A DNA stretch of 18,790 nt from Oculatellaceae cyanobacterium bins.114. GTDB lineage: Bacteria; Cyanobacteriota; Cyanobacteriia; Elainellales; Elainellaceae. The stretch spans positions 1-18,790 of the forward strand of contig JANRJA010000176.1 in the NCBI GenBank assembly GCA_033764315.1. Reading direction: 5' to 3'. Position numbers and translations under genes: made by a program. This document shows positions 6,413-16,988 of the stretch, piece by piece. Numbering within the stretch: the stretch's first letter is position 1; each line of letters begins with the position of its first letter. The notes under the pieces are model-generated. The model made no database searches. It was not told where the DNA came from and saw only the letters and a program-made list of their open reading frames with translations.

Positions 6413-8209
6413 ATGGCACGCGATCGCGCTAGGAATGCCCTTTCTCTATCCAGAGCCGTGACCCTTGGATCTACGACCCAGGTTTTCAACGATTCTGTTG
6501 GCTTGGCTGATAAGGACGATCTCTATCGGGTGGCGATTGGCAGTCGCAGCAGTTTTAACCTCCAACTCAGTGGCATTCGGCGAGGAGCCAATGTTGATGT
6601 TGAGTTGTTTAGCCTCAAAGGAGCTAAAGCAGCCGTTCTGCGTCGCATCGGTAGGATTAATTTCAGCAATCTTAGAGCCTCAGATATTCGTCGCTATCTT
6701 ACCCGCTTGGGGCGATCGGCTCGTCCCGGTCGAAATAATGAGAGTTTGAATCTGACTCTCGATGCGGGAGAGTTTTATGTCCGAGTTCTGCGTCGGAATG
6801 GAGATAGCAGCTATAGCCTGTCCCTTTCAGCGACTCCTGAAAACACAGGGGGTACGGGTGGCATACCCGGTAACACACCGACTCCAACTCCGGGTGTTAC
6901 TCCGACTCCTACCCCTACACCAGGTGGCACACCTACTCCTAGCCAGTTTGCTCCTACCTGGATTCGACAACTGGGTAGCTCTGCCAACGATTACGGTTAT
7001 GGAATTGCCTTTTCAGGCTCCAATGTCTTAGTCGCAGGAACCACTGAGGGAACATTGCCCAATGGCGGACAAAACAACGCAGGTGGCAGCGACAATTTTG
7101 TTGCCCAATACAACAGTGATGGTACTCCCACTCCTTTGTTTGTCCGGCAGTTTGGCGGAGCCACCAGCGAACGCATTTTTGATATCGAAGTAGACAGCAG
7201 TGGCAACTACTATGTTGCTGGAGTCACAATTAACACGAGCAGCGGTCCCATTCCTGTGGTGAATGGCTTTGTGACGAAATACAACAGTGCGGGTGCCATT
7301 CAGTGGAATCAACCGATTGATACAGACACCAATCAATTTGATAGAAAAGCTGATGTTGCCAGCAGTCTTACGTTAGATAGCCAGGGGAATGTTTTTGTGG
7401 CTGGGTTTGTGGGCGGTTTCCCTGGCATTACCCCAGCCAGGGCCTTTGTGTCTAAGTTTAATGGGGCAACAGGGGCGGCAATTACGACATTTGGCAATGA
7501 CGGACGAGCCGAATTTGCAGGGAGTACTTCTGCCTCGGAAGCGGCATCTGGGGTTGCCGTTGATGCAGATGGCAATGTTTACATTACGGGTGTGACTAAC
7601 GCCACGTTGGGTACGGATCTCAATAACCCATTTACGGGTGGTGATGCGTTTGTGGTGAAATATAACGGCTCTACAGGCGCACCAATTTGGGCACCCCAAA
7701 TTCTCTCTAGTGCAGGGCAAGACTATGCCAGAGGGATTGCGATCGCAGGTTCTAATGTCTACATCACTGGAGACACCACTGGTGCTTTGTCTGGGCAAAC
7801 CAATGCAGGCGGCACAGATGGGTTTTTGGCACAGTTTACCCAAACTAACAACGGAACTACAGTGAGTCAGGGGTGGTTGAGACAGTTTGGCACCACAGGT
7901 TTAGATGAATCTCAGGGCGTCACCACTGATAGCACCGGCAATGTCTACATCACAGGTGAGACGAATTCAGCTCTGTTTGGTGGCAGTCCTGCGGGTGACT
8001 CAGATGCCTTTATTGCCAAGTTTGACAGCACCGGCACTCGTCTTGCTAGCACGTTGTTGGGAACGGCTCAAGCCGATGAGTCCTACAACATTCGGTTAGA
8101 TGGCTCTGGCAACGTCTACGTCGTGGGGCAAACGCAAGGTAATCTTGGTGGTGCGGGTAGCCATCAGGGTAGCTATGATGTCTGGCTAGCGAAGTATGCA
8201 GCATTCTAA
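6413..8209 (+). CDS. PPC (pre-peptidase C-terminal)-domain protein with Pro/Thr linker and SBBP beta-propeller repeats
   Basis: N-terminal FNDSVG..DKDDLYR...SSFNLQLSG...LDAGEFYVRV...YSLSLSA; TPTPTPG linker; about seven repeats of the type WIRQLGS..D...GIAVD..GNVYITG.T.G.L......G..DAF.AKY. Confidence 0.85.
   Translation: MARDRARNALSLSRAVTLGSTTQVFNDSVGLADKDDLYRVAIGSRSSFNLQLSGIRRGANVDVELFSLKGAKAAVLRRIGRINFSNLRASDIRRYLTRLGRSARPGRNNESLNLTLDAGEFYVRVLRRNGDSSYSLSLSATPENTGGTGGIPGNTPTPTPGVTPTPTPTPGGTPTPSQFAPTWIRQLGSSANDYGYGIAFSGSNVLVAGTTEGTLPNGGQNNAGGSDNFVAQYNSDGTPTPLFVRQFGGATSERIFDIEVDSSGNYYVAGVTINTSSGPIPVVNGFVTKYNSAGAIQWNQPIDTDTNQFDRKADVASSLTLDSQGNVFVAGFVGGFPGITPARAFVSKFNGATGAAITTFGNDGRAEFAGSTSASEAASGVAVDADGNVYITGVTNATLGTDLNNPFTGGDAFVVKYNGSTGAPIWAPQILSSAGQDYARGIAIAGSNVYITGDTTGALSGQTNAGGTDGFLAQFTQTNNGTTVSQGWLRQFGTTGLDESQGVTTDSTGNVYITGETNSALFGGSPAGDSDAFIAKFDSTGTRLASTLLGTAQADESYNIRLDGSGNVYVVGQTQGNLGGAGSHQGSYDVWLAKYAAF
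6874..6940 (+). repeat. Low-complexity Thr-Pro linker coding repeat
   Basis: Encodes TPTPTPGVTPTPTPTPGGTPTP. Confidence 0.7.
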
Positions 8210-8396
8210 GGTGTCGTTGAGTTATGTCCAAGTCGAGTTATGTCAAGGTTGTTGAGGGCGATCGCTTGAATTTAGTTTGATCTAGCCAACTCAGCCCAAA
8301 CTCCGTAAATGTCAGGTTGCGATTGGGGTGATTGATTTAGTTTCTTAAAGAGATGGCACTTCAAGCCATCGTGTTTCAAGTTGAGAAGTAATCATT

Positions 8397-9179
8397 ATGG
8401 TAGACGGTGCTGGAAATCGACTAGGAACTGCTAGACGGGTAGAACTGTCGCGCAGAGGTGCGGCATTTGAAGATGCGATTGGGAAAGGCGATCGCGCTGA
8501 TTTTTATCGGTTTGATCTGAGTCGTCGCAGTGCGTTTAACCTGACCCTCAGAAGTTCGGCAATCAACGCTGATGTGGAGCTGATTCAAGATCGCAATCGC
8601 AATGGACGCATTGATGCAGGTGAGGTGGTTGCCAGTTCACGAGCACTCAAAGGCAAAACTGACTCTATCAGCCTGGTCGGATTAGCATCGGGCACTTACT
8701 TTGTGCGCGTGTTTCCACGGGGGGTTGGCAAAACCGACTATCGTCTCTCATTTGGAGCCAGACCCGTTGCGGCGGCTAGTTTTGCCTATCGAGTCGTGGA
8801 GCTGACGAACTTCTTCCGCGATCGCAATGGCCTAGCTCCTCTAGCGATCAATACTCAACTCAGCAATGCGGCTCAAAACTATAGTCGCCAACTGGCGTTG
8901 GGCGATTTTCTCGATCACAATGCCCCCGATGGCTCAACGATCGAGAGCCGCATTCGCACAGCAGGCTATCAACCCCAGTGGTGGGCAGAAAATATTGCGG
9001 CTGGTTACACCACCCCCGATCAAGTTGTGCAGGCCTGGATCGACAGCGAAGGTCATCGTCGCAACATCTTATCGCCAGAGCTAAAAGAGATTGGGGTGGG
9101 TTATTTCAACCTCTCGCCTGACACGGGAACCCAAACCTGGCAATACTACTGGACTCAAAGCTTTGGTACATTGGTCTAA
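8397..9179 (+). CDS. PPC-domain plus CAP (SCP/PR-1) domain protein
   Basis: N-terminal DGAGNRLGTARR...DFYRFDL...GTYFVRV module; C-terminal VVELTN..R...GL.PL.....L..AAQ.......FLDH...WAENIAAG...VQAWIDSEGHRRNIL......IGVG CAP signature. Confidence 0.9.
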   Translation: MVDGAGNRLGTARRVELSRRGAAFEDAIGKGDRADFYRFDLSRRSAFNLTLRSSAINADVELIQDRNRNGRIDAGEVVASSRALKGKTDSISLVGLASGTYFVRVFPRGVGKTDYRLSFGARPVAAASFAYRVVELTNFFRDRNGLAPLAINTQLSNAAQNYSRQLALGDFLDHNAPDGSTIESRIRTAGYQPQWWAENIAAGYTTPDQVVQAWIDSEGHRRNILSPELKEIGVGYFNLSPDTGTQTWQYYWTQSFGTLV

Positions 9180-9201
9180 TTTTTAGAAGCGGTCTTGTGC
9201 C

Positions 9202-11505
9202 TTACAAACGATGTGAGGCAGCTCTTTGGGTGGGGCGATCGCGCACAATGCGAATGCTAATCTGTGGCAACAACTGGACGGTAATTCGTTCATAGCGCAC
9301 TGTTCCTAATTGCTTTGAAAGCAGAACAGGAGCATTTTGCTCAACAGCTCGACACCAGTAACCTAACCCCTTCTCGCTCTGCGGGTTTGGGTCAAGTGGG
9401 TAGTCTCTCGCCTCTGCTAGAAAAGGCAGTCTGATTCTAAAGTCACCCACAAATATCGGAGCACCCGCCTCTAAATAGGTATCTCCTAAATTGTTGGATC
9501 GTTGGGTGAGCCAGTTACAAAACTCTTCAGCATCGTTCACTCGTACTCCAGTAATGGGTTTTTGAGCCTCTCCAGGAGCAAATCGAGAGCTTTCCCAATG
9601 GCTGGGCTGATAGGTTTCACCTGCCTTTAAACTCTCGTCCATAAACAGCTGATATTCGGCACAGGTGATATATTCACGATCGATTTCAAGATGCTCGTCG
9701 ATGGGCAAAAGTTGACGTAGACGGCGAGCCAATTTGACCTCAACTGCCAGCTTAAAGCGAACTGGATTGAGGGACTCCAGTCCTTTTTCTAACGTGTCTT
9801 CCAAATATTGTCGAATCATTGGATGAACACTCAACGCTTCCTCTAAACACTCATACGCCAAAGTTAAGCTGGCGATCGTGTCACGGCTCAACGCTGTTTG
9901 AATCAAATAAGTAGCATCTCCCTGGGCTGCATACAGACGAATCGTTTCTTCCCACCACGGTTCATCAATATTGCGAATCAGCACAAATTCCTGATTCATC
10001 TCTTTAATTTGCACCGATGCCAGATATTCTTGAAAACTCTTATGAGCGAATTCATACACACCGGGCTGCTTTTCAACAATTAAGCCACTTACATGCTCAA
10101 CTTGTTGGAGAAATAGCTCTGGGTATAGCGTGTTTCCAGTTACTGCCGTCAGCTTTTCTTGAATCAACAAACTGGCTTGCAAGAGGGTAAATTCGCGGAG
10201 TTGCTTCCGCATCCGATTTAGAGCCAGTACTTGTAAAACTGATTTTTTCTGAACTGCCGTGAGTGGATCGGGGGGTAAATTTTTGGCTTCTTGTCGGCGT
10301 CCTAGCAACACATCACAAATTTCGCTGTATAGTTCAACCCGACGCCCAGGTAACGCTCCTCGATAGCGGTGAATCGTGGCAATCATGGTCAACAGCAATG
10401 GATTTACCGCCATTGCCACTAGTGGGGGGTTGTGCTGAATTCGCAAGACCAAATCGTTAGCTTGACGGGTGGCGATCGCCCTTACCCCAGGGTCATCTCG
10501 CCCCAATCGGCTCATGATTTCCGTTTGCAGATACCAACTGCGGATGAATTGCTGCATCTGCTTTAGGTTAAACGGCTGTATCTCCAACGTACTGACTTGC
10601 TCTAAAGGAGCCGTTCTGTAGCCAAAGGGACGCGAGGTTAGAACAAAATAATTATCAGGATAAGTCTTAATCTGTTGAGCTACCCAGCGGCTCACCTGTT
10701 GACGCTGTTGCGTATCGGCAACTTCATCTAACCCATCCAGCATGACAAGACACTTGCCCTGATTTAGGCGCGTTTGGAACCATCCCAGTGGTGGGCTAAG
10801 AGCCTGAATGCTGTCTTGTTGCTCAATCAGAGCTGCTAGTGTTGGTGAATTGTCAACCGCGATCGCACCCCGCACCTCTCGCAGATAGAGCAACACAGGC
10901 ACCAATCGGGGAACACGTCGATGATAGCGACGAGAGAGATGTTGAGCATAGGTGAGGGTGAGGTGTTCCAACAGGGTTGTTTTGCCAGAACCAGGTGGCC
11001 CCAAAATCACGAGACGACGAAACGAAGGGATATCCGCTCCTAAAAAGTCCCAAATATCCAATCCTTGCTTGATCTTGCGTGGTTGCAACATAGCTGCCGT
11101 GATGTTGTCTGCACTTTCGGGGGCAACCCGTAACGGCACAAACACCTTCCGCAAATCAAGTACAAAGGGCCCGCGTGTCTTTAAACCCTGTACTCGGTAA
11201 TCCCGTAGGGTATAAACCAGGCTCTTGTAATATCGCTGTTGGAAGCCACTAAAAACCAGTCCCCAACCATGTAGAAGCGATCGCTCCAGTTGTCCGACAA
11301 TCCAATCGGCAATGTCATCGGCTTTTTGATCGAGCTTGGTGTCTAGCTTAACCAGCACCCGCCGCACCACTGTAGCGATAAACTTTCGTCCCACTGTCAG
11401 CAACGCCACCGCCATCGACATCATAGGGGCCAACCAGGGGTAACTCTGCACCACCTGACCGAGGCTGTTCCAGATGTCTTGCAGATTTTGCAGAAACAAT
11501 TGCAT
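9202..11505 (-). CDS. NACHT-domain STAND NTPase with N-terminal hydrophobic helix and C-terminal truncated FGE-sulfatase (SUMF1)-like region
   Basis: Walker A GPPGSGKTT, Walker B LVMLDGLDEV, sensor LTSRP, NPLLLTMIA, WHD FAHKSFQEYLA. C-terminal ITCAEYQLF...PITGV...AEEFCNWL...RLP resembles the FGE-sulfatase fold. Confidence 0.9.
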   Translation of the reverse strand: MQLFLQNLQDIWNSLGQVVQSYPWLAPMMSMAVALLTVGRKFIATVVRRVLVKLDTKLDQKADDIADWIVGQLERSLLHGWGLVFSGFQQRYYKSLVYTLRDYRVQGLKTRGPFVLDLRKVFVPLRVAPESADNITAAMLQPRKIKQGLDIWDFLGADIPSFRRLVILGPPGSGKTTLLEHLTLTYAQHLSRRYHRRVPRLVPVLLYLREVRGAIAVDNSPTLAALIEQQDSIQALSPPLGWFQTRLNQGKCLVMLDGLDEVADTQQRQQVSRWVAQQIKTYPDNYFVLTSRPFGYRTAPLEQVSTLEIQPFNLKQMQQFIRSWYLQTEIMSRLGRDDPGVRAIATRQANDLVLRIQHNPPLVAMAVNPLLLTMIATIHRYRGALPGRRVELYSEICDVLLGRRQEAKNLPPDPLTAVQKKSVLQVLALNRMRKQLREFTLLQASLLIQEKLTAVTGNTLYPELFLQQVEHVSGLIVEKQPGVYEFAHKSFQEYLASVQIKEMNQEFVLIRNIDEPWWEETIRLYAAQGDATYLIQTALSRDTIASLTLAYECLEEALSVHPMIRQYLEDTLEKGLESLNPVRFKLAVEVKLARRLRQLLPIDEHLEIDREYITCAEYQLFMDESLKAGETYQPSHWESSRFAPGEAQKPITGVRVNDAEEFCNWLTQRSNNLGDTYLEAGAPIFVGDFRIRLPFLAEARDYPLDPNPQSEKGLGYWCRAVEQNAPVLLSKQLGTVRYERITVQLLPQISIRIVRDRPTQRAASHRL

Positions 11506-11599
11506 GGGAGGAAGAGAGAAGAACTACCGTGTATACCGTAGCCCAATCCAACAGAGATACCCGAACTTGGTATAGATGCGAAGCGTCCTATGCGACTAA

Positions 11600-11671
11600 T
11601 TTGGGAGCCGATCGGAGGGGGTCTGGGGGAAGGCTTCCCCCAAGGCTCGGTGCTTTAGCGATTGCTCCAAA
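11600..11671. repeat. GC-rich small dispersed repeat/hairpin between the TIR and NACHT genes
   Basis: GGGGGTCTGGGGGAAGGCTTCCCCCA contains an 8-bp stem (TGGGGGAA 11624-11631 / TTCCCCCA 11635-11642). Outer arms are TTTGGGAGC (11600-11608) and GCTCCAAA (11664-11671). Confidence 0.55.
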
Positions 11672-11703
11672 CCTCTAGGTTCCACTATATTTCTTAGTTT
11701 CAA

Positions 11704-13161
11704 TTATCGAGTACCAAGCGATCGCCACTCGTTTACAGCTGATTCTGTCCACAACCAGGTTTTGTCTAACTGATCGGGTTGAAATTGCACTGGGTCACTC
11801 CCCATTACGGCTTGGTAGAACTGAAGTGCCTGACTCATAGCCGCTTCTGGGTCAGCTTCGAGAGTGCCTCGTTCAGAGCCTTGTTTGTATGCCAGAGCAA
11901 GCCCAGCGATCGCATTCAATTCGTCTTCATTGGTTACTGGAGAAGCTGGAACCGAGCAATTGGACTCACTTTCCTGTGAATTAGTAGTGTTCTGCGCCTG
12001 AATTGTGTTTAACGCTTGACATAAGGTAGCGATCGCTAGTTCTGAGTTGCCATCGATGTAGTAAGCGAAGCCCAACGCAATTTGATATTGCGGCACATCA
12101 GGTTCAGCTTTGACAACTCTGTCCCAAAAGCGAATCACATCCCCGAAAGAATAATCAGGATCACCACGTTTTAAGTACTCCCAACCCACTCTGCCCCGCA
12201 AGAAGTTGATTTCTGGACGCTCCAAATAGTCTTTTGGCACAGCCTCTAAAGCAGCGACAGCTTCTTGTACAGCCCCCCGCTCTAACAACGCTGTCACGGC
12301 TTGTTGCCCCATCTCTAAATCATTATTGCTAAAGCGGTTTATGGCTACCTCGGTTAAGGCGACAGTGTCTACCGTCCCAAAGACATCTGCATTGAATAAG
12401 GTTGCGCTAGGTGTTGGAATAGGACTGGGAACAGGAGAGACAGTTATACTGGGTTGGCGCTTGAGCCATTGCGGAACAAACTGTAAACCCAATATTGCAG
12501 TAAGCAAAACTACAGACCCATACACACCTGCCATCAGAGGTTTGAAAGAATTTTTCTCTTCTTCTGGTTCTATAGATACAGCCTCTGTTGTCTCCAATGC
12601 ATCTATAAGAACTGGCTCAGGAGGGAGAGCTTCATAGTCTTTCTTGAGTGGTACCTGGGAGCGAGAAGCAGTTTGTTGTAACTGTTGGTGTGCTTCCTCC
12701 GATCTTAATATTTCCTGAACAGTTGCCCGAATCCCTTGAGCGATGCTAACAAATGCTTCATCTCGATTAACCCACGAAGTAACAGGTTTAGCATCCTTTG
12801 GTAAAGCTTGAAGGTGACTAAAGGGGGTACCTTCCCAATCAACAGGGCGCAGAATAACTGGAATAACGTGTGCATCACCAGCCGAGTGTCGAATTAATGC
12901 CTGTTCCATTTCAATGCCGTAGCAGTAATCAGATGCAATGAAATCAGCACTAATTAGTAGCAGAATAATATCTGCTCGATTTAGGTAATCATCAATCTTA
13001 CTTTCCCATTCTTCTCCCGCCCCAATCTTGCGATCGTGCCATCCGATAATCCACCCTGATCGAACAAGATGGCTTAGATGCTTTTCTAATTCATTGCGTA
13101 GTTCCTCATCCTTGCGGGAATAAGCAAAGAAGACATCGATTAATTTGTTGGGAGTGAACAC
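11704..13161 (-). CDS. TIR-domain protein (TIR_2) with central transmembrane helix and C-terminal TPR-like repeats
   Basis: VFFAYSRKDE...WHDRKIGAGEEW...ADIILLLISADFIASDYCYGIEMEQAL...VIPVILRPVDW is a TIR domain. TM LMAGVYGSVVLLTAILGLQFV; TPR-like PQYQIALGFAYYIDGNSELAIATLCQAL. GTG start. Confidence 0.9.
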   Translation of the reverse strand: MFTPNKLIDVFFAYSRKDEELRNELEKHLSHLVRSGWIIGWHDRKIGAGEEWESKIDDYLNRADIILLLISADFIASDYCYGIEMEQALIRHSAGDAHVIPVILRPVDWEGTPFSHLQALPKDAKPVTSWVNRDEAFVSIAQGIRATVQEILRSEEAHQQLQQTASRSQVPLKKDYEALPPEPVLIDALETTEAVSIEPEEEKNSFKPLMAGVYGSVVLLTAILGLQFVPQWLKRQPSITVSPVPSPIPTPSATLFNADVFGTVDTVALTEVAINRFSNNDLEMGQQAVTALLERGAVQEAVAALEAVPKDYLERPEINFLRGRVGWEYLKRGDPDYSFGDVIRFWDRVVKAEPDVPQYQIALGFAYYIDGNSELAIATLCQALNTIQAQNTTNSQESESNCSVPASPVTNEDELNAIAGLALAYKQGSERGTLEADPEAAMSQALQFYQAVMGSDPVQFQPDQLDKTWLWTESAVNEWRSLGTR

Positions 13162-13297
13162 GGTTAAACGCCCTGTTACTGGTAGTTTCTCTTAAAAACC
13201 CTACATTTCTAGTCTATTTAGACACTCTACACATTATTTTCCCTTAATGTGAGTTCTCCAAAAAATGGGCTAACCTGTTGTCTGAACTGCCTCCTAA

Positions 13298-14404
<1,107 letters not shown>

Positions 14405-14413
14405 GTCAGTGAA

Positions 14414-14474
14414 ATCCCCGGCTTCTGCTTTAGAAACTAACGAGTTTGGCTCACGTTGTTAAGAAGCCGGGGAT
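14414..14474. repeat. 13-bp perfect inverted repeat after gap (dispersed repeat / terminator-like)
   Basis: ATCCCCGGCTTCT (14414-14426) pairs with AGAAGCCGGGGAT (14462-14474). Confidence 0.7.
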
Positions 14475-14614
14475 CTTTCCACGAGTGCTTAAGCTCAAAA
14501 CTAGGAGCGACTACTCTAAAGGGGGAACTGCTTTGAGCGATCCTCACCGTTCCCAAATCGTTTATCCTGAAGAGAGGGTTAGTTTACGCAACTTAACACT
14601 GCTCCTGGTAACTC

Positions 14615-15487
14615 ATGAAATGCATCATTAACCGTCGTGCTCAGTTCTCCGCCAGTCACCGCTATTGGCTACCAGAGTTGAGTCCTGCTGAAAATGCTGA
14701 CCAATTTGGACTTTGTGCCCAAGCTCCGGGACATGGACACAACTATGTGTTGCATGTCTTGATGGAAGGGGACTTGGATGAATATGGCATGGTGCTCAAC
14801 CTGTCTGATGTCAAACAGGTGATTAAGCGAGAAGTCACCAGTCAACTTGATTTCTCTTACCTCAATGACGTGTGGGCAGAGTTTCAAGACACCCTCCCCA
14901 CTACAGAAAATATTGCTCGTGTCATTTGGCAGCGATTGGCACCTCATTTGCCATTGGTGCAAATTCAACTATTTGAACATCCTGAACTTTGGGCAGATTA
15001 TCAAGGAAACGGCATGGAAGCACATCTCACCATTAGTACTCATTTCAGTGCTGCCCATCGGTTGGCACTGCCTCAATTGACCTTAGAGCAAAACTTTGAG
15101 ATTTACGGCAAGTGTGCTCGGGTCAATGGACATGGACACAACTATCACCTTGAAGTCACCGTCAAGGGAGAGATTGATCCCCGGACAGGGATGATTGCTG
15201 ACCTGGGCAAACTGCAAAAGGCGATCGATGATTACGTTGTAGAACCGTTTGACCACACGTTTCTCAACAAAGACATTCCTTACTTTGAGAAGGTTGTGCC
15301 TACGGCTGAAAATATTGCCATTCATATTCGCGACTTGTTGGAACAACCCATCCGTGAGGTTGGAGCAACTTTGCACAAAGTGAAACTGATTGAAAGCCCT
15401 AATAACTCCTGTGAAGTATATGCCACACCTGCTGGCGACTTGGAAACACCAACTCAAGCAGATGTAACTCGTTTAGTTGGCGTTTAA
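14615..15487 (+). CDS. queD: 6-carboxytetrahydropterin synthase / 6-pyruvoyl-tetrahydropterin synthase, tandem two-domain form
   Basis: Two T-fold PTPS domains, each with FSA(S/A)HR...CA...GHGHNY...GM...PT(T/A)ENIA. Confidence 0.9.
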   Translation: MKCIINRRAQFSASHRYWLPELSPAENADQFGLCAQAPGHGHNYVLHVLMEGDLDEYGMVLNLSDVKQVIKREVTSQLDFSYLNDVWAEFQDTLPTTENIARVIWQRLAPHLPLVQIQLFEHPELWADYQGNGMEAHLTISTHFSAAHRLALPQLTLEQNFEIYGKCARVNGHGHNYHLEVTVKGEIDPRTGMIADLGKLQKAIDDYVVEPFDHTFLNKDIPYFEKVVPTAENIAIHIRDLLEQPIREVGATLHKVKLIESPNNSCEVYATPAGDLETPTQADVTRLVGV

Positions 15488-15493
15488 TCGTCG

Positions 15494-15513
15494 GGGCAAA
15501 TAATCGTTTGCCC
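15494..15513. terminator. Short hairpin between convergent genes (REP-like)
   Basis: GGGCAAA-TAATCG-TTTGCCC, between the queD stop (15487) and the convergent stop (15534). Confidence 0.5.
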
Positions 15514-15533
15514 ACCCAAAAAACTGGCTCAGG

Positions 15534-16022
15534 TCAGATCATCCTATGAGCAACCATTTTTTGGATGACCCAGATGATGCCTGCGCTGGTTGCGCTGGTC
15601 AACAACCCAAAGCCGATTTGTCGCTGCCCAGACACAAGACAGGCTAACCCCAGAAATAGAGAGGCGATCGCCAATCCCCTCACAGTTGCCAACATCAACC
15701 GAACCACAACTGTTGCATCCACTACTTTAGCGACTAAATCTTGAGTGTCGCTGGGCACGACTGCCGTTTGCAATGCATGTTGCAATGATTGATATTTCGC
15801 CAGATCGACTTCGTAATAAGTTCCCAAGTCGGTGTCTCTTAGATGGGCAACCGAGTGCAGCCCAAATTGCTTTGCATGGGCGATCGCCAGCCCAATTTGT
15901 TTTTTGGTGGCGGTTGGACGTAGTGCCTCGAATACCGATTCGCGGTAAACCCCTGATTTTGCCATGTCCAAGATTTGCTGGCTCAGTTCTGTTATTGATG
16001 AGCGTTTGCTAATTGCATTCAT
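15534..16022 (-). CDS. Hypothetical membrane protein (N-terminal soluble domain, two C-terminal TM helices)
   Basis: ORF with likely ATG start at 16022 (MNAISKR); hydrophobic GLAIASLFLGLACLVSG and IGFGLLTSATSAGIIWVI. Confidence 0.8.
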   Translation of the reverse strand: MNAISKRSSITELSQQILDMAKSGVYRESVFEALRPTATKKQIGLAIAHAKQFGLHSVAHLRDTDLGTYYEVDLAKYQSLQHALQTAVVPSDTQDLVAKVVDATVVVRLMLATVRGLAIASLFLGLACLVSGQRQIGFGLLTSATSAGIIWVIQKMVAHRMI

Positions 16023-16084
16023 ACGCCTCAACCCACGTCTCTCACTAGCAACTGACGGCCCTTTTAGTATAGTATTGATGTACT

Positions 16085-16109
16085 AAAAAACCTGCACTTA
16101 TCTGCAGGT
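16085..16109 (-). terminator. Putative intrinsic terminator (minus strand)
   Basis: Minus strand ACCTGCA-GATAAG-TGCAGGT followed by a T run, downstream of the 16228-16476 gene. Confidence 0.45.
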
Positions 16110-16227
16110 CAGGGCAAAAAAATGATATGCGATTGAGCATACAATGCTCTAAATAAGTGTTACGCCATAGATCATTAACTCAGATCATTAACCCAGCGGG
16201 AAAACCACTGCGCTTTACCCCCAAGAC

Positions 16228-16476
16228 TCAATCTTCATCTCGGTCTAGCAAATTTTGCTTAGATGTCTCAATCTGCTTCCACAAGCGTTTAATTTCTTCG
16301 TATGCATCCACCGGAGAGATTTTGCCGCCAGTTTCTAAACTGCACAAAATTGATACTCGATTAGCAAACTCCTGAAGATTTGCATCAAATGCCAAATTTT
16401 CTGGAGTAAACTCGCCCCGAAAACGTCCGAGTGGATAAAGAAACTGGTCTTTGCTATCGTCTGGATCGTTTGTCAC
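16228..16476 (-). CDS. Conserved small cyanobacterial protein (DUF7219-like)
   Basis: FLYP..RF.GEFTPENLAFDANLQEFANRVSILCSLETGGKISP.DAYEEIK.LWKQ is a recognisable conserved cyanobacterial motif. GTG start. Confidence 0.85.
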   Translation of the reverse strand: MTNDPDDSKDQFLYPLGRFRGEFTPENLAFDANLQEFANRVSILCSLETGGKISPVDAYEEIKRLWKQIETSKQNLLDRDED

Positions 16477-16625
16477 AGGTAGTTAGTCAATACATCAGGG
16501 TGAATAAGGTCAGCTAAAAAAAGAGCAGTGATCTACTCTCATACAGCGACCCCTATTAAGATACCGTCTACTTCACTTAAAAGGAAGAGACAACACAACT
16601 TTTTTTGTTGCATTTAACCCAACGG

Positions 16626-16859
16626 TCATAAGTCTAACTTGTTCCATATTGCTTCCATCGTAGAGCGATGCAAGTTGCGTTTTTTAGACTCCAACAAGTT
16701 TGGGTTCTTCTCTACAACGCTTAAGAGAGTGTCAATGTTTTGCCGTTGTCGTCGAGATTGATTGGACTTTGGCAATATGTTCTCAAACTCGTCCTGTCTC
16801 TCTCTGGCTTGATGCGGTTGTTGTGGCTCTGATTCAGGTTCGACAGGATCTGTGTTCAT
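16626..16859 (-). CDS. Small hypothetical protein
   Basis: 77-aa ATG ORF with a GAGG RBS-like sequence upstream, co-oriented with its neighbours. No motif recognised. Confidence 0.6.
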   Translation of the reverse strand: MNTDPVEPESEPQQPHQARERQDEFENILPKSNQSRRQRQNIDTLLSVVEKNPNLLESKKRNLHRSTMEAIWNKLDL

Positions 16860-16988
16860 AGCGATCGCCTCTCGTGAGCATTCGACTGTGTCTAATTTTA
16901 GAGCTTACATCTAAATTTGGTCGAGTTTGCTTTTGTAAAAGCTTGTAAAGCTATAGAAGGCACTTAAGACCACCATCCATAATCTATC

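Noticed and set aside
6465-8231. Multiple short ORFs inside the SBBP gene
   Set aside because: Shadow ORFs of a Gly/Thr/Ala-rich coding sequence.
8219-8244. 10-bp direct repeat GAGTTATGTC x2
   Set aside because: Only two short copies just after a stop codon; no supporting structure.
14480-14614. Possible preQ1 riboswitch upstream of queD; 61-aa ORF 14446-14631
   Set aside because: No preQ1-I stem-loop with A-rich tail is visible. The ORF runs through the dispersed repeat and has no motif.
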